From assembly GCA_902571055.1 (NCBI GenBank), contig CACGAM010000003.1, positions 2,070 through 66,069 of the forward strand: a DNA stretch of 64,000 nucleotides, in the 5' to 3' direction. Both the position numbers and the translations under genes were made by a program. The stretch's first letter is position 1. The number at the start of each line of letters is the position of its first letter. Under the pieces are notes generated by a model. That model did not search any database. It saw only the letters and a list, made by a program, of their open reading frames with translations, and was not told where the DNA came from. This document shows positions 54,831 through 64,000 of this stretch, piece by piece. This DNA comes from an uncultured Pelagibacteraceae bacterium (lineage in GTDB: Bacteria; Pseudomonadota; Alphaproteobacteria; Pelagibacterales; Pelagibacteraceae).

Positions 54831-56293
54831 GCGATCAAAATAAAGAATATTTAATCTTAAGAGAAGAAAAGAAATATGAGGTAATAATTGGTCTTGAGGT
54901 GCACGCGCAAGTACTATCAGAATCTAAATTATTTTCATCATCGCCTACAAAGTTTGGTTCAGAACCAAACACACAAGTTAGTTTAGTAGACGCTGCCTTT
55001 CCAGGAATGTTGCCGGTAATAAATGAATTTTGTATCAAACAAGCGATTAAAACTGGAATTGGATTAAATGCAAAAATAAATAATAAATCAATATTTGATA
55101 GAAAAAATTATTTTTATGCCGATTTACCACAAGGCTATCAAATTTCCCAATATAAAAATCCAATAGTGGGAGAGGGTTCTGTAACATTAGATATGCCGGA
55201 TGGGGAAAAAATGATAGGAATTGAACGACTACATTTAGAGCAGGATGCTGGCAAAAGCATACATGATATTGACCCTCAAAATACATTGGTCGACTTGAAT
55301 AGATCGGGGGTAGCATTAATGGAAATAGTAAGCAAACCTGATTTAAGATCCTTAGATGAAGTTAATGCCTATATAAAAAAATTAAGATCAATTATGAGAT
55401 ATCTTGGCACTTGTGATGGAAATATGCAGGAGGGCTCTTTAAGAGCTGATGTTAACGTATCTGTAAGAAAAAAAGGTGAAACTGAACTTGGTACAAGGTG
55501 TGAAATTAAAAATGTAAACTCTATTAAATTTATGCAGATGGCAATTGATTATGAAGCAAATAGACAAGTTGATATATTAGAGGAGGGTGGATCAATAGAT
55601 CAAGAGACAAGATTATTTGATATAAAAAAAAATGAAACACGATCAATGCGTACAAAAGAGGACGCGCATGATTACAGATACTTTCCAGATCCAGACCTTT
55701 TACCTTTGGAGTTAAATGATGATTTTATAAACGAAATTAAAAAAGAAATTCCTGAATTACCGGATGAAAAAAAGAAAAGGTTTATTGAAAAATTCAATTT
55801 ATCGCCCTATGAGGCTAATATTCTTGTATCTGATATAGAGACATCAAAATATTTTGAGAATGTTTCAAAAAATTCTGATGTAAAACTTGCAACAAATTGG
55901 ATCACTGGAGAATTATTTGCCTTATTAAATAACAAAAGTATAGAAATTACAGAGAGCCCTATTACATCAGAAAATTTGGCAAAACTTATTAATCTAATAA
56001 AAGATGGTACTATTTCTGGAAAAATTGCAAAAACTGTTTTTGAAATTATGGCTGATAGTGGTAAAGACCCAAAAAAAATAGTTGAGGAAAAAGGTTTAAA
56101 ACAACAAAGTGATCCTAAAGAATTGGAGAAGATTATTGATAAAGTTATTTCAGATAACCCTAAAAACGTTGAAGCCTATAAATCAGGAAAAGATAAATTA
56201 TTCGGTTTTTTTGTAGGTCAAGTTATGAAACAATCTAATGGAAAGGCAAATCCTCAGCTAGTTAATGAAATTTTAAAGAAAAAGCTCAACTAA
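54827..56293 (+). CDS. gatB: Asp/Glu-tRNA amidotransferase subunit B
   Basis: [36 protein letters not shown]. Confidence 0.99.
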   Translation: MSDQNKEYLILREEKKYEVIIGLEVHAQVLSESKLFSSSPTKFGSEPNTQVSLVDAAFPGMLPVINEFCIKQAIKTGIGLNAKINNKSIFDRKNYFYADLPQGYQISQYKNPIVGEGSVTLDMPDGEKMIGIERLHLEQDAGKSIHDIDPQNTLVDLNRSGVALMEIVSKPDLRSLDEVNAYIKKLRSIMRYLGTCDGNMQEGSLRADVNVSVRKKGETELGTRCEIKNVNSIKFMQMAIDYEANRQVDILEEGGSIDQETRLFDIKKNETRSMRTKEDAHDYRYFPDPDLLPLELNDDFINEIKKEIPELPDEKKKRFIEKFNLSPYEANILVSDIETSKYFENVSKNSDVKLATNWITGELFALLNNKSIEITESPITSENLAKLINLIKDGTISGKIAKTVFEIMADSGKDPKKIVEEKGLKQQSDPKELEKIIDKVISDNPKNVEAYKSGKDKLFGFFVGQVMKQSNGKANPQLVNEILKKKLN

Positions 56294-56294
56294 T

Positions 56295-56951
56295 ATGGGT
56301 TCAAATCTAAATCTAAACAATCAAATCGAAGAATATATTAATAGTCACTCAATTAAACTACATCCAGTCCAATATGAAATAATTAAATACAATGATACTC
56401 TTGGTGAAATTAAAAAAATGCAAATTTCTATAAGTCAATGCCACTTTTTACATTTAATTGTCAAAATTATTAATCCTAAAAATATTTTAGAAATTGGAAC
56501 ATTTACAGGCTTAAGTGCCTTAACAATGGGTCTAGCGATGGATGAAAATAGCAAATTAACAGCTTTAGATAAAAATAAAGAAACTTCTGATGTGGCTATA
56601 AGTTTTTTTAAAAAAGCAAAGATAAATAATAAAATTAATCTTTTAATAAATAACGCTATTGTATCATTAGACGATTTACATAATCAAAAAAAAAAATTTG
56701 ATTTTATATTTATAGATGCAGATAAAGAAAATTATATAAATTATTTTAATAATTCCCTTAATATATTAAATAATAATGGGATTATAGTTGTTGATAATGT
56801 CCTGTGGTATGGTGATGTTGCTGATCAAAATAAAAATGACAGATTAACACTAAAAATAAGAGAATTTAATAAATTTATAAAAGATGATAATCGTGTAGAG
56901 AGCTTGATTTTACCAATTGGTGATGGTTTATCTGTTTGTAGAAAAAAATAA
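56295..56951 (+). CDS. Class I O-methyltransferase (CCoAOMT/TrmR-like)
   Basis: MQIS, LEIGTFTGLSAL, FDFIFIDADKENY, VVDNVLWYG, PIGDGL. Confidence 0.9.
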   Translation: MGSNLNLNNQIEEYINSHSIKLHPVQYEIIKYNDTLGEIKKMQISISQCHFLHLIVKIINPKNILEIGTFTGLSALTMGLAMDENSKLTALDKNKETSDVAISFFKKAKINNKINLLINNAIVSLDDLHNQKKKFDFIFIDADKENYINYFNNSLNILNNNGIIVVDNVLWYGDVADQNKNDRLTLKIREFNKFIKDDNRVESLILPIGDGLSVCRKK

Positions 56952-57850
56952 TGTATAGCATATTTGGTTTTTATAAATTCAAAAAATTAACTACTTTAAA
57001 ATCAAAAAAAAAATATTTGGATAGTTTATTTATAAGAAATGATATCAGAGGAACAATTATAATTTCAAATGAAGGATTAAATGGAACTATAAGTTTTAAA
57101 ATAAATAAATTTGATAATATTATTAAAAGTTTAAAAAAAATTTTTAATATTAATAAATTTAATAACGAAAACTTAACTAAGTATAAATTTCAACCATTTC
57201 ATAAAGGTAAAATCAAAATTAAAAAAGAAGTAGTCCCTTTGGGTATAAAAATTAAGAAAAAGATTTCAGATAATGAATTAACACCGAACGAATGGAATAA
57301 ATTTATTAAAAGAAAAGATATTATATTGATTGATACTAGAAAAAACTTTGAATTTAAAGTCGGTACATTTAGAGGTTCTATTAATCCAAAATTAAACAGT
57401 TTCAGAGAGTTTCCAAAATTTTTTAAAACACTTAAAAAAAATCAAAAAATTGGTATGTTTTGTACTGGTGGAATCAGATGTGAAAAAGCAAGCTATTATT
57501 TAAGAAATAAAGGTTTTAAAAATGTTTATCAATTAAAAGGTGGCATAATAAATTACTTAGATAAAATAAATAAAACAGATAGTTTTTGGAAAGGTGATTG
57601 TTTTGTTTTTGATAATAGAGTTTCAATTAAACATAGTCTAAAACCAGGCAACCTAAGTATTTGTGCTGGATGTAGAGAACCTATTACAAAAGCTGATACT
57701 AAGTCTAAAAATTTTGAAGAGGGTGTATCTTGCCCAAATTGTTATAATAAATTGACAAATAATCAGTTACAGAGGTTTAGAATGCGACAAAAACAAATAA
57801 AAATAGCAAAAAAATCTGGTAAAGAATATTTTCATCAAAGGGAGATTTAA
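56951..57850 (+). CDS. trhO: tRNA uridine(34) hydroxylase TrhO (YceA-like rhodanese-domain protein)
   Basis: FYKF, GTIIISNEGLNGT, KIKKEVV, DTRKNFE..GTF, FCTGGIRCEKA, LKGGI..Y, CFVFDNRV, C-terminal Cys cluster. Confidence 0.9.
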   Translation: MYSIFGFYKFKKLTTLKSKKKYLDSLFIRNDIRGTIIISNEGLNGTISFKINKFDNIIKSLKKIFNINKFNNENLTKYKFQPFHKGKIKIKKEVVPLGIKIKKKISDNELTPNEWNKFIKRKDIILIDTRKNFEFKVGTFRGSINPKLNSFREFPKFFKTLKKNQKIGMFCTGGIRCEKASYYLRNKGFKNVYQLKGGIINYLDKINKTDSFWKGDCFVFDNRVSIKHSLKPGNLSICAGCREPITKADTKSKNFEEGVSCPNCYNKLTNNQLQRFRMRQKQIKIAKKSGKEYFHQREI

Positions 57851-57851
57851 T

Positions 57852-59213
57852 TTGGATTTACTGAAAGATAAAATTCCAATCTTAGTTCGTAAGCTTGCAT
57901 TACCAGCAATGGTAGGAATGTTATTTCAAACTTTATATAATATAGTTGATACATTTTATGCAGGAATGATATCTCCAGAAGCCTTAGCAGCTTTAAGTAA
58001 ATCATTTCCAATTTATTTTATAATTGTAGCATCCTCTATAGGAGTAACTGTTGCTGGTACATCTTTGATAGGAAATAGTATTGGTGAAAAAAATATAAAG
58101 AATATATTAAATTATTTTACTCATATTATTTACTTTGCAATTCTTTTATCACTTATTATCAGCTTTATAGGTTTAAACTTTTCTGAAAAAATCTTTCAAT
58201 TGATGGTAACAACTCCAGAGGTAACGAAATTAGGACTCGAATATACTGATATAATATTTGCTGGCTCAATATTATTTATATTAGTTGTTGCTCTAAATTC
58301 TTTACTACATGCAGAGGGAGATACAAAAACATATAGAAATGTATTAATCCTATCTTTCTTCATCAATTTAATTTTAAATCCAATATTAATATTTGGTTTA
58401 TTTTTTTTTCCAGCATACGGTGTAAAAGGTATTGCTATTTCAACCATAGTATCTCAATTAATTGCTTTTTTAATAATTTTTTTAAAAGTTTTAAAAAATG
58501 AGAGAATTAAAGAAATTCTTAAAGAGCATTTAATTCCAAAAATATATTATTTTATTAATATTTTTTTTACAGCAATGCCGATTGTAGTATCAATTTTTGC
58601 ATACTCAATTACGGCGGCAATTGTTCTAGCTTACGTTGGTATTTCAGGTGAATATGCGGTTGCCGGATATGGGGTAGGGACAAGAATAGAGCAAGTAGTA
58701 CTATTACCAATATTAGGAATAAATACCGCGATTATATCAATTATTTCACAAAATTTTGGAGCTAAAAATTTTAATAGAGTAAAAGAAGCGTATTTCACTT
58801 CGATAAAATACTCATTCTTCATAATGATTGTATCAGGCTCGATGTTGTTTATATTATCTGATTTAATCATTAGTGTATTTTCTTCTGACATTACAGTTAT
58901 AGATTATGGATCTAGATATTTAAAAATTTGTGCATTTATTTTGCCTGCTTATCCTATTTTTTTTCTATCTAATGGTTTATTTATGGCTATTAAAAAAGCA
59001 GAATATGCAATGATATCTAATTTATTTAGAAATGGATTAAATCCAGTAGTGGTTTTTGTGCTTGCAAAGTACATAAATGCAAGTTTTGAGGTCTTTTTTT
59101 GGATTTGGGCTTCTGTAAATTGGATATTCTCAGGTATTTATTTAAGTATACTAATTATTTATTTAAAAAGCCGATTAGAGAAAACTAGCGCTATCATTAA
59201 TCCACAACCATAA
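57852..59213 (+). CDS. MATE family efflux transporter
   Basis: LALPAMVGMLFQTLYNIVDTFYAG, GDTKT, NLILNPILIFG, SQNFGAKN; TTG start. Confidence 0.93.
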   Translation: MDLLKDKIPILVRKLALPAMVGMLFQTLYNIVDTFYAGMISPEALAALSKSFPIYFIIVASSIGVTVAGTSLIGNSIGEKNIKNILNYFTHIIYFAILLSLIISFIGLNFSEKIFQLMVTTPEVTKLGLEYTDIIFAGSILFILVVALNSLLHAEGDTKTYRNVLILSFFINLILNPILIFGLFFFPAYGVKGIAISTIVSQLIAFLIIFLKVLKNERIKEILKEHLIPKIYYFINIFFTAMPIVVSIFAYSITAAIVLAYVGISGEYAVAGYGVGTRIEQVVLLPILGINTAIISIISQNFGAKNFNRVKEAYFTSIKYSFFIMIVSGSMLFILSDLIISVFSSDITVIDYGSRYLKICAFILPAYPIFFLSNGLFMAIKKAEYAMISNLFRNGLNPVVVFVLAKYINASFEVFFWIWASVNWIFSGIYLSILIIYLKSRLEKTSAIINPQP

Positions 59214-59738
59214 ATCCTCCGAAAACGACCTTCTAACGAATAGGTTTAAATCATTCTCATCTTTATTATGAATTATTACATCTACATGGTTTAAAACAGT
59301 TTGAACCACTGAGCCTTTCTTATTTTTGAAATCTTTAAAATTAAAAGGACAGCTTTTTGAAAGTAAATCAAATGTTTTACTACCTTTTAAATTAATCATC
59401 ACCCAATGGTCGGATACATTAGTAACAGCTCCTTGATTTAGCTTAGATATTTCATTAAATAAATTATTCTCTAACTCTATTTGATTATCTGATGTGTGAT
59501 TGATATTGTTTGAATATACAAGCCATTCATCAGGGCTTAACCATAGCAAATTATAATTTTCATTACCTGATGAAGTATTTGCTTCGTTAGGAGGTAAAAT
59601 AGACAATATTTTTCCAATTTTTGTTGAAAATTCTCTTTTATTACTCCTTAAATTAAATTTTATAGTTGGCTCAATTTCTACAATTTTTAAATCATTATAT
59701 TTTTTTTCTTCTTTAATTGGTGAGTTAAAATTAAGCAT
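59175..59738 (-). CDS. soxG: Sarcosine oxidase subunit gamma
   Basis: LWLSPDEWL, VTNVSD, VRRSFS; last gene of soxBDAG. Confidence 0.93.
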   Translation of the reverse strand: MLNFNSPIKEEKKYNDLKIVEIEPTIKFNLRSNKREFSTKIGKILSILPPNEANTSSGNENYNLLWLSPDEWLVYSNNINHTSDNQIELENNLFNEISKLNQGAVTNVSDHWVMINLKGSKTFDLLSKSCPFNFKDFKNKKGSVVQTVLNHVDVIIHNKDENDLNLFVRRSFSEDLWLWINDSASFL

Positions 59739-62700
59739 TTAATCTCTTATTTTCTTTATCGTAAAATACGGTGTCGGTTATTGTTACATTTATATTTTTA
59801 TTTTCCATTGGTACTATAAGTTTTTTGCCTTTAAGTTTCTTTCCACTTTTTACAACCGCAAGGGCTATTGATTTATTTAAATTAGGGCTGAAATAACTAG
59901 AGGTGACATGTCCTAACATTTCGATAGGCTTTTTGTTGATATTTTCAACTAATTGCGCTCCTTCTTCAAAAATTTCTTTTGGATCCTCTGTTAAAAGACC
60001 AACCAATTGTTTTCTGTCTTCTCTAATTGTATCACTTCTATAAAGTGATCTCTTGCCAATAAAATCAAATTTCTTTTTTCCTATAATCCAATCCATTTGT
60101 AAATCTGAAGGGGTTAATGTTCCATCAGTATCTTGACCTGTAATTATAAATCCTTTTTCAGCTCTTAAAAGGTGCATTGTTTCAGTACCGTAAGGTGTTA
60201 AATTAAATTCTTTTCCAGCTTCCATGCATTTAATCCACACATCTTCTGCATAATTTGATTGAATATTTATCTCGTAGCTGTGTTCTCCTGTAAAACTTAT
60301 TCTCATTATTCGGCAATTAACATTACTTATTTTAGTATTTTTAAATGACATATGAGGAAAATTATTATCTGATAAATCAAGACCTGGAACAATTTTAGCA
60401 AGTATTTTTTTTGAGTTAGGACCACAAATACTAATTGTTGAGTATTGATCGGTTACTGTAGTCAAATAAACATCTAATTCTGGCCACTCTGTTTGTAGAT
60501 AATCTTCCAGCTTAGATAAAACATTTGCTGCTCCTCCAGTCGTAGTTGTCATTATATAATGATTTTCACCAAGTCTTGTTGTTACACCATCATCGTAAAC
60601 CATGCCGTCTTCATTAAGCATTAATCCATACCTACACTTGCCTATTTCAAGTTTTGACCAAGCATTGGTGTAAATTCTATTTAAAAATTCCGAAGCATCA
60701 GATCCTTGTATATCAATTTTTCCAAGTGTGGATGCATCTAATATACCGGAGCTATCTCTAGCTGCTTTACTTTCTCTTTGAACAGCTTGGTGCATATTTT
60801 CACCATTTTTTGGAAAATACCAAGGTCGCTTCCACTGACCTACATTTTCAAATTCCGCTTTATTTTTTACATGCCAGTTATGGATTGCAGTTTTTCTTGT
60901 GTGGTCAAAAAACTCTCCTACATTTCTTCCTACAATTGCTCCAAATGTTAAAGGTGTATAAGGTGGTCTGAAGGTTGTAGTTCCAAGTTCACCCATATTT
61001 GTGCCTGTAGTATCTGCGATAATACCTAATGCATGCATATTAGATAATTTTCCTTGATCAGTACCCATTCCAGTAGTTGTATATCTTTTTACATGTTCTA
61101 TTGATTTAAATCCTTCTCGTAATGCAAGTTTAACATCTTTAGCAGTAGAATCATTTTGAAAATCTAAAAATGGTTTTGTTTTTCCAATAGGTTTATCTGA
61201 TGGTAGTAGCCAAATATTTCTTTTTGATTTTTCATCTGGACAAATAATTTTAATTTCATCGTAGCACGAGTTACTTAAACTTAGAAAACTTTTTAAATTT
61301 TCAATAGTATTAACCACGATTTCATTTAATTTAAATTCACCATTGCATGACCCAACACTGATTTGATTAGAAGGAGTTTTATTTTCATCAGGTATAAACG
61401 CATTATCGTCATTTCTAAATTTTAATTTTCCACCAGATTGTGTAAATAAGTGAACCATTGGAGTCCAACCACCTGAAATACCTAAGCAATCACAATTATA
61501 TTTAGACCTATCTCCTACAACATTATTACCATCGTCTGAAAGTTTCATTACTTCAAATGATTTAATTCTTTTATATCCTTGGGTATCTACTACAGTTGAC
61601 TCCCATAATACTTTTAACCCCAACTCTAATGCTTTTTTTACAATTAAGGACTCTGAATTTTTACGAATATCCACAATTACATTTACTTTAACTCCACTTT
61701 TATAAAGAGATATTGCAGTTTCATATGCACTGTCATTGTTAGTAAAAAGTGAAATATTTTCTCCAGTTTTTACACCATAATAATCGATATATTTTTTGAT
61801 TGAGGATGAAAGTATAATTCCAGGTCTATCGTTGTTACTAAATATTAATGGTCTTTCAATAGATCCGGATGCTATAATTACTTTTTTAGCTCTGATTTTC
61901 CACAATCTTTGTCTTACTTTGCCTTTTCTTTCATTAACACTTAAATGATCAGTTAAACTTTCTCTAGCTAATAAGTAATTATATCCATGAAATGCTGCAA
62001 GACTAGTTCTATTCTTGATAATCAAATTTGGATAGTTTTTCAAACTTTCTATTTCATTAGCTAACCATTTATTTGAATTAATACTGTTAATTTTATAGCA
62101 TTCATTTTCTTGATATATCGTTGAACCTCCTAAGAAGCTTTTGTCATCGATTAAGATTGTATCTAAACCTTTTTCTGCCGACAATTTTGCTGATATAATT
62201 CCTGAAATACCTCCACCAACAACTAATACATCGCAATGTGAATACTGATGATCATAAATATCTGGATCGGATTTTGTAGGTGCTTTACCAAGACCAGCAG
62301 AGTGCCTAATAAAATACTCATATTTTTCCCAAAAACTTGCAGGCCACATAAAAGTTTTATAGTAAAATCCAGCAGGGAGTAGAGGGGATAGAAAATTATT
62401 TATTCCTCCAATGTCGAAATTTACACTTGGCCAACAGTTTTGACTTGATGCATCTAAACCTTCATATAGTTCAATTTCAGTTGCTCTAACGTTAGGATCT
62501 GTTAATGAAGGATCATTTCCGATTTGTACTATTGCATTAGGTTCTTCAGAACCACATGTCATTATTCCTCTTGGACGATGGTATTTGAAACTTCTCCCAA
62601 CCAAATGAATATTATTAGCTAATAATGCTGATGCCAATGTATCACCTTTATATCCAAAGAGTTTTTGACCATTAAATTTAAATGAAATTCTTGTTGTTTG

Positions 62701-62742
62701 ATCTATAAAATTATTTTTATTTATTCTTAAATTTTTTGACAT
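59731..62742 (-). CDS. soxA: Sarcosine oxidase subunit alpha
   Basis: GDTLASALLAN, RSFKYHRPRG, AGFYYKTF, KRYTTTGMGTDQGK, GcvT-like C-terminus. Confidence 0.97.
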   Translation of the reverse strand: MSKNLRINKNNFIDQTTRISFKFNGQKLFGYKGDTLASALLANNIHLVGRSFKYHRPRGIMTCGSEEPNAIVQIGNDPSLTDPNVRATEIELYEGLDASSQNCWPSVNFDIGGINNFLSPLLPAGFYYKTFMWPASFWEKYEYFIRHSAGLGKAPTKSDPDIYDHQYSHCDVLVVGGGISGIISAKLSAEKGLDTILIDDKSFLGGSTIYQENECYKINSINSNKWLANEIESLKNYPNLIIKNRTSLAAFHGYNYLLARESLTDHLSVNERKGKVRQRLWKIRAKKVIIASGSIERPLIFSNNDRPGIILSSSIKKYIDYYGVKTGENISLFTNNDSAYETAISLYKSGVKVNVIVDIRKNSESLIVKKALELGLKVLWESTVVDTQGYKRIKSFEVMKLSDDGNNVVGDRSKYNCDCLGISGGWTPMVHLFTQSGGKLKFRNDDNAFIPDENKTPSNQISVGSCNGEFKLNEIVVNTIENLKSFLSLSNSCYDEIKIICPDEKSKRNIWLLPSDKPIGKTKPFLDFQNDSTAKDVKLALREGFKSIEHVKRYTTTGMGTDQGKLSNMHALGIIADTTGTNMGELGTTTFRPPYTPLTFGAIVGRNVGEFFDHTRKTAIHNWHVKNKAEFENVGQWKRPWYFPKNGENMHQAVQRESKAARDSSGILDASTLGKIDIQGSDASEFLNRIYTNAWSKLEIGKCRYGLMLNEDGMVYDDGVTTRLGENHYIMTTTTGGAANVLSKLEDYLQTEWPELDVYLTTVTDQYSTISICGPNSKKILAKIVPGLDLSDNNFPHMSFKNTKISNVNCRIMRISFTGEHSYEINIQSNYAEDVWIKCMEAGKEFNLTPYGTETMHLLRAEKGFIITGQDTDGTLTPSDLQMDWIIGKKKFDFIGKRSLYRSDTIREDRKQLVGLLTEDPKEIFEEGAQLVENINKKPIEMLGHVTSSYFSPNLNKSIALAVVKSGKKLKGKKLIVPMENKNINVTITDTVFYDKENKRLNA

Positions 62743-62744
62743 AA

Positions 62745-63020
62745 TTATTTAATTGGAGGTTTTTCCCCCATCTTATAAACCGCTTGAATTTTGTCATTAG
62801 AAGTATCTCTAACCATATTAAACCACTTTCTACATCCGTGAGCATGGTTCCATCTTTCAAACTGCACACCTTTAATATTTTTCCTCATAAACAGATATTC
62901 AGCCCATTGATCGTCACTTAACTCAGTTGGCTGTTTTGGTCTTTCTATATGAGCTTCACCTCCGCACGAAAATTCTGTTTGATCTCTTTCACCACAATAA
63001 GGACAATTAATTATAAACAT
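62745..63020 (-). CDS. soxD: Sarcosine oxidase subunit delta
   Basis: CPYCGERD..EF..GGEAH, ERW.HAHGCRKWF..RDT. Confidence 0.97.
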   Translation of the reverse strand: MFIINCPYCGERDQTEFSCGGEAHIERPKQPTELSDDQWAEYLFMRKNIKGVQFERWNHAHGCRKWFNMVRDTSNDKIQAVYKMGEKPPIK

Positions 63021-64000
63021 TAGTGTGCAACTGCAGCAGCACCATGTTCATCAACAAGATCTCCACTTACAAATCTGTTTAGATTGAAAGCCGCATTCAA
63101 TTTATGTGGTTCATCGTTCGCAATTGTGTGAGCAAATAAATCGCCTGAGCCTGGTGTTGCTTTAAATCCTCCGGTACCCCATCCACAATTAAAATATAGA
63201 CCTTTTATTTGTGTTTTACTAATGATCGGACTTGCATCAGGACAAATATCAACAATTCCTCCCCATTGTCTCAACATTTTCATTCTACTAAATATTGGAT
63301 ATAATTCCAAAATTGCTCTTAATGTTTCCTCTACAATATTGTGACTTCCTTTTTGAGTATACGAAACATAAGAGTCTGTACCAGCTCCAATAACTAATTC
63401 GCCTTTATCTGATTGACTTACGTAAGCATGTACAGCGTTAGACATAACAACCGTATCAATAATTGGTTTTACAGGCTCAGATACTAAGGCTTGAAGTGGC
63501 TTACTTTCTAAAGGTAATCTTATACCAGCCATGTTTGCTAATACACTTGAGTGACCTGCTGCAACTACTCCAATTTTTTTTGATTTGATAAAACCTTTTG
63601 TTGTTTCTATTCCCTCTACCTGATCGCCATTTCTTTTAATTCCTTTTACTTCACAGTTTTGGATAATATCAACTCCCAAGGCATCAGCACCTCTAGCATA
63701 TCCCCATGCAACTGCGTCGTGTCTAGCAGTCCCAGCTCTTTTTTGTAACGTTCCACCTAAAACTGGATATCTTATATCGGGTGAAGTATTAATAATTGGA
63801 CAAAACTTTTTAACTTCCTCTGTATTTAACCATACCGCATCAATTCCATTTAATCTATTTGCATGTGTTCTTCTTTTTAAATCTCTTACATCTTGAAGAT
63901 TGTGTGCAAGGTTCATAACTCCTCTCTGACTAAACATTACATTGTAATTAAGTTCTTGAGATAAACCTTCCCAAATTTTTAAAGCATGATCGTAAAGTCC
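63020..64000 (-). CDS. soxB: Sarcosine oxidase subunit beta (partial, 5' end outside window)
   Basis: Frame open to the window edge ([27 protein letters not shown]); [31 protein letters not shown]. Confidence 0.97.
   Translation of the reverse strand, partial: GLYDHALKIWEGLSQELNYNVMFSQRGVMNLAHNLQDVRDLKRRTHANRLNGIDAVWLNTEEVKKFCPIINTSPDIRYPVLGGTLQKRAGTARHDAVAWGYARGADALGVDIIQNCEVKGIKRNGDQVEGIETTKGFIKSKKIGVVAAGHSSVLANMAGIRLPLESKPLQALVSEPVKPIIDTVVMSNAVHAYVSQSDKGELVIGAGTDSYVSYTQKGSHNIVEETLRAILELYPIFSRMKMLRQWGGIVDICPDASPIISKTQIKGLYFNCGWGTGGFKATPGSGDLFAHTIANDEPHKLNAAFNLNRFVSGDLVDEHGAAAVAH

Noticed and set aside
59175-59213. 39-bp convergent overlap of MATE and soxG (and 26-bp rluC/lipB overlap) as antisense regulation
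   Set aside because: Short 3' overlaps are routine in such compact genomes and nothing else suggests regulation

Overview
Very AT-rich, gene-dense window with short intergenic spacers and frequent TAATG/TGATG stop-start overlaps. Gene order and proteins point to a streamlined marine alphaproteobacterium, most consistent with SAR11/Pelagibacterales (inference). About 12-64 kb is core genome: tRNA-Tyr/Gly-tuf-tRNA-Trp-secE-nusG-rplKAJL-rpoBC, the str/S10/spc/alpha ribosomal operons, rluC, lipB, mgtE, panC, galU-ugd, topA, plsY, pyrBC, ruvX, gatCAB, an O-methyltransferase-trhO pair, a MATE transporter and sarcosine oxidase soxBDAG. The first ~12 kb is a tRNA-associated accessory region. It holds rare-sugar genes (GT17, NDP-hexose 2,3-dehydratase, two Gfo/Idh/MocA reductases, a C-methyltransferase, a UXS-like SDR, GT2) and a three-gene cassette: TPR/DUF560-like (Slam/type XI-like) outer-membrane protein, a secreted FecR-domain protein, and a secreted putative beta-barrel cargo. 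The last two ORFs are in the same frame, separated only by a stop codon and a new signal peptide. This cassette is the best candidate for an undescribed system; a TrmR-like methyltransferase coupled to trhO (possible mo5U tRNA pathway) is second. Three apparent frameshifts (rpoB, the rlmB/GT2 junction, GT2) each come from one extra base in an A/T run and are probably sequencing errors. No CRISPR array, rRNA, integrase or transposase was seen. All family calls are by-eye motif recognition, not database searches.
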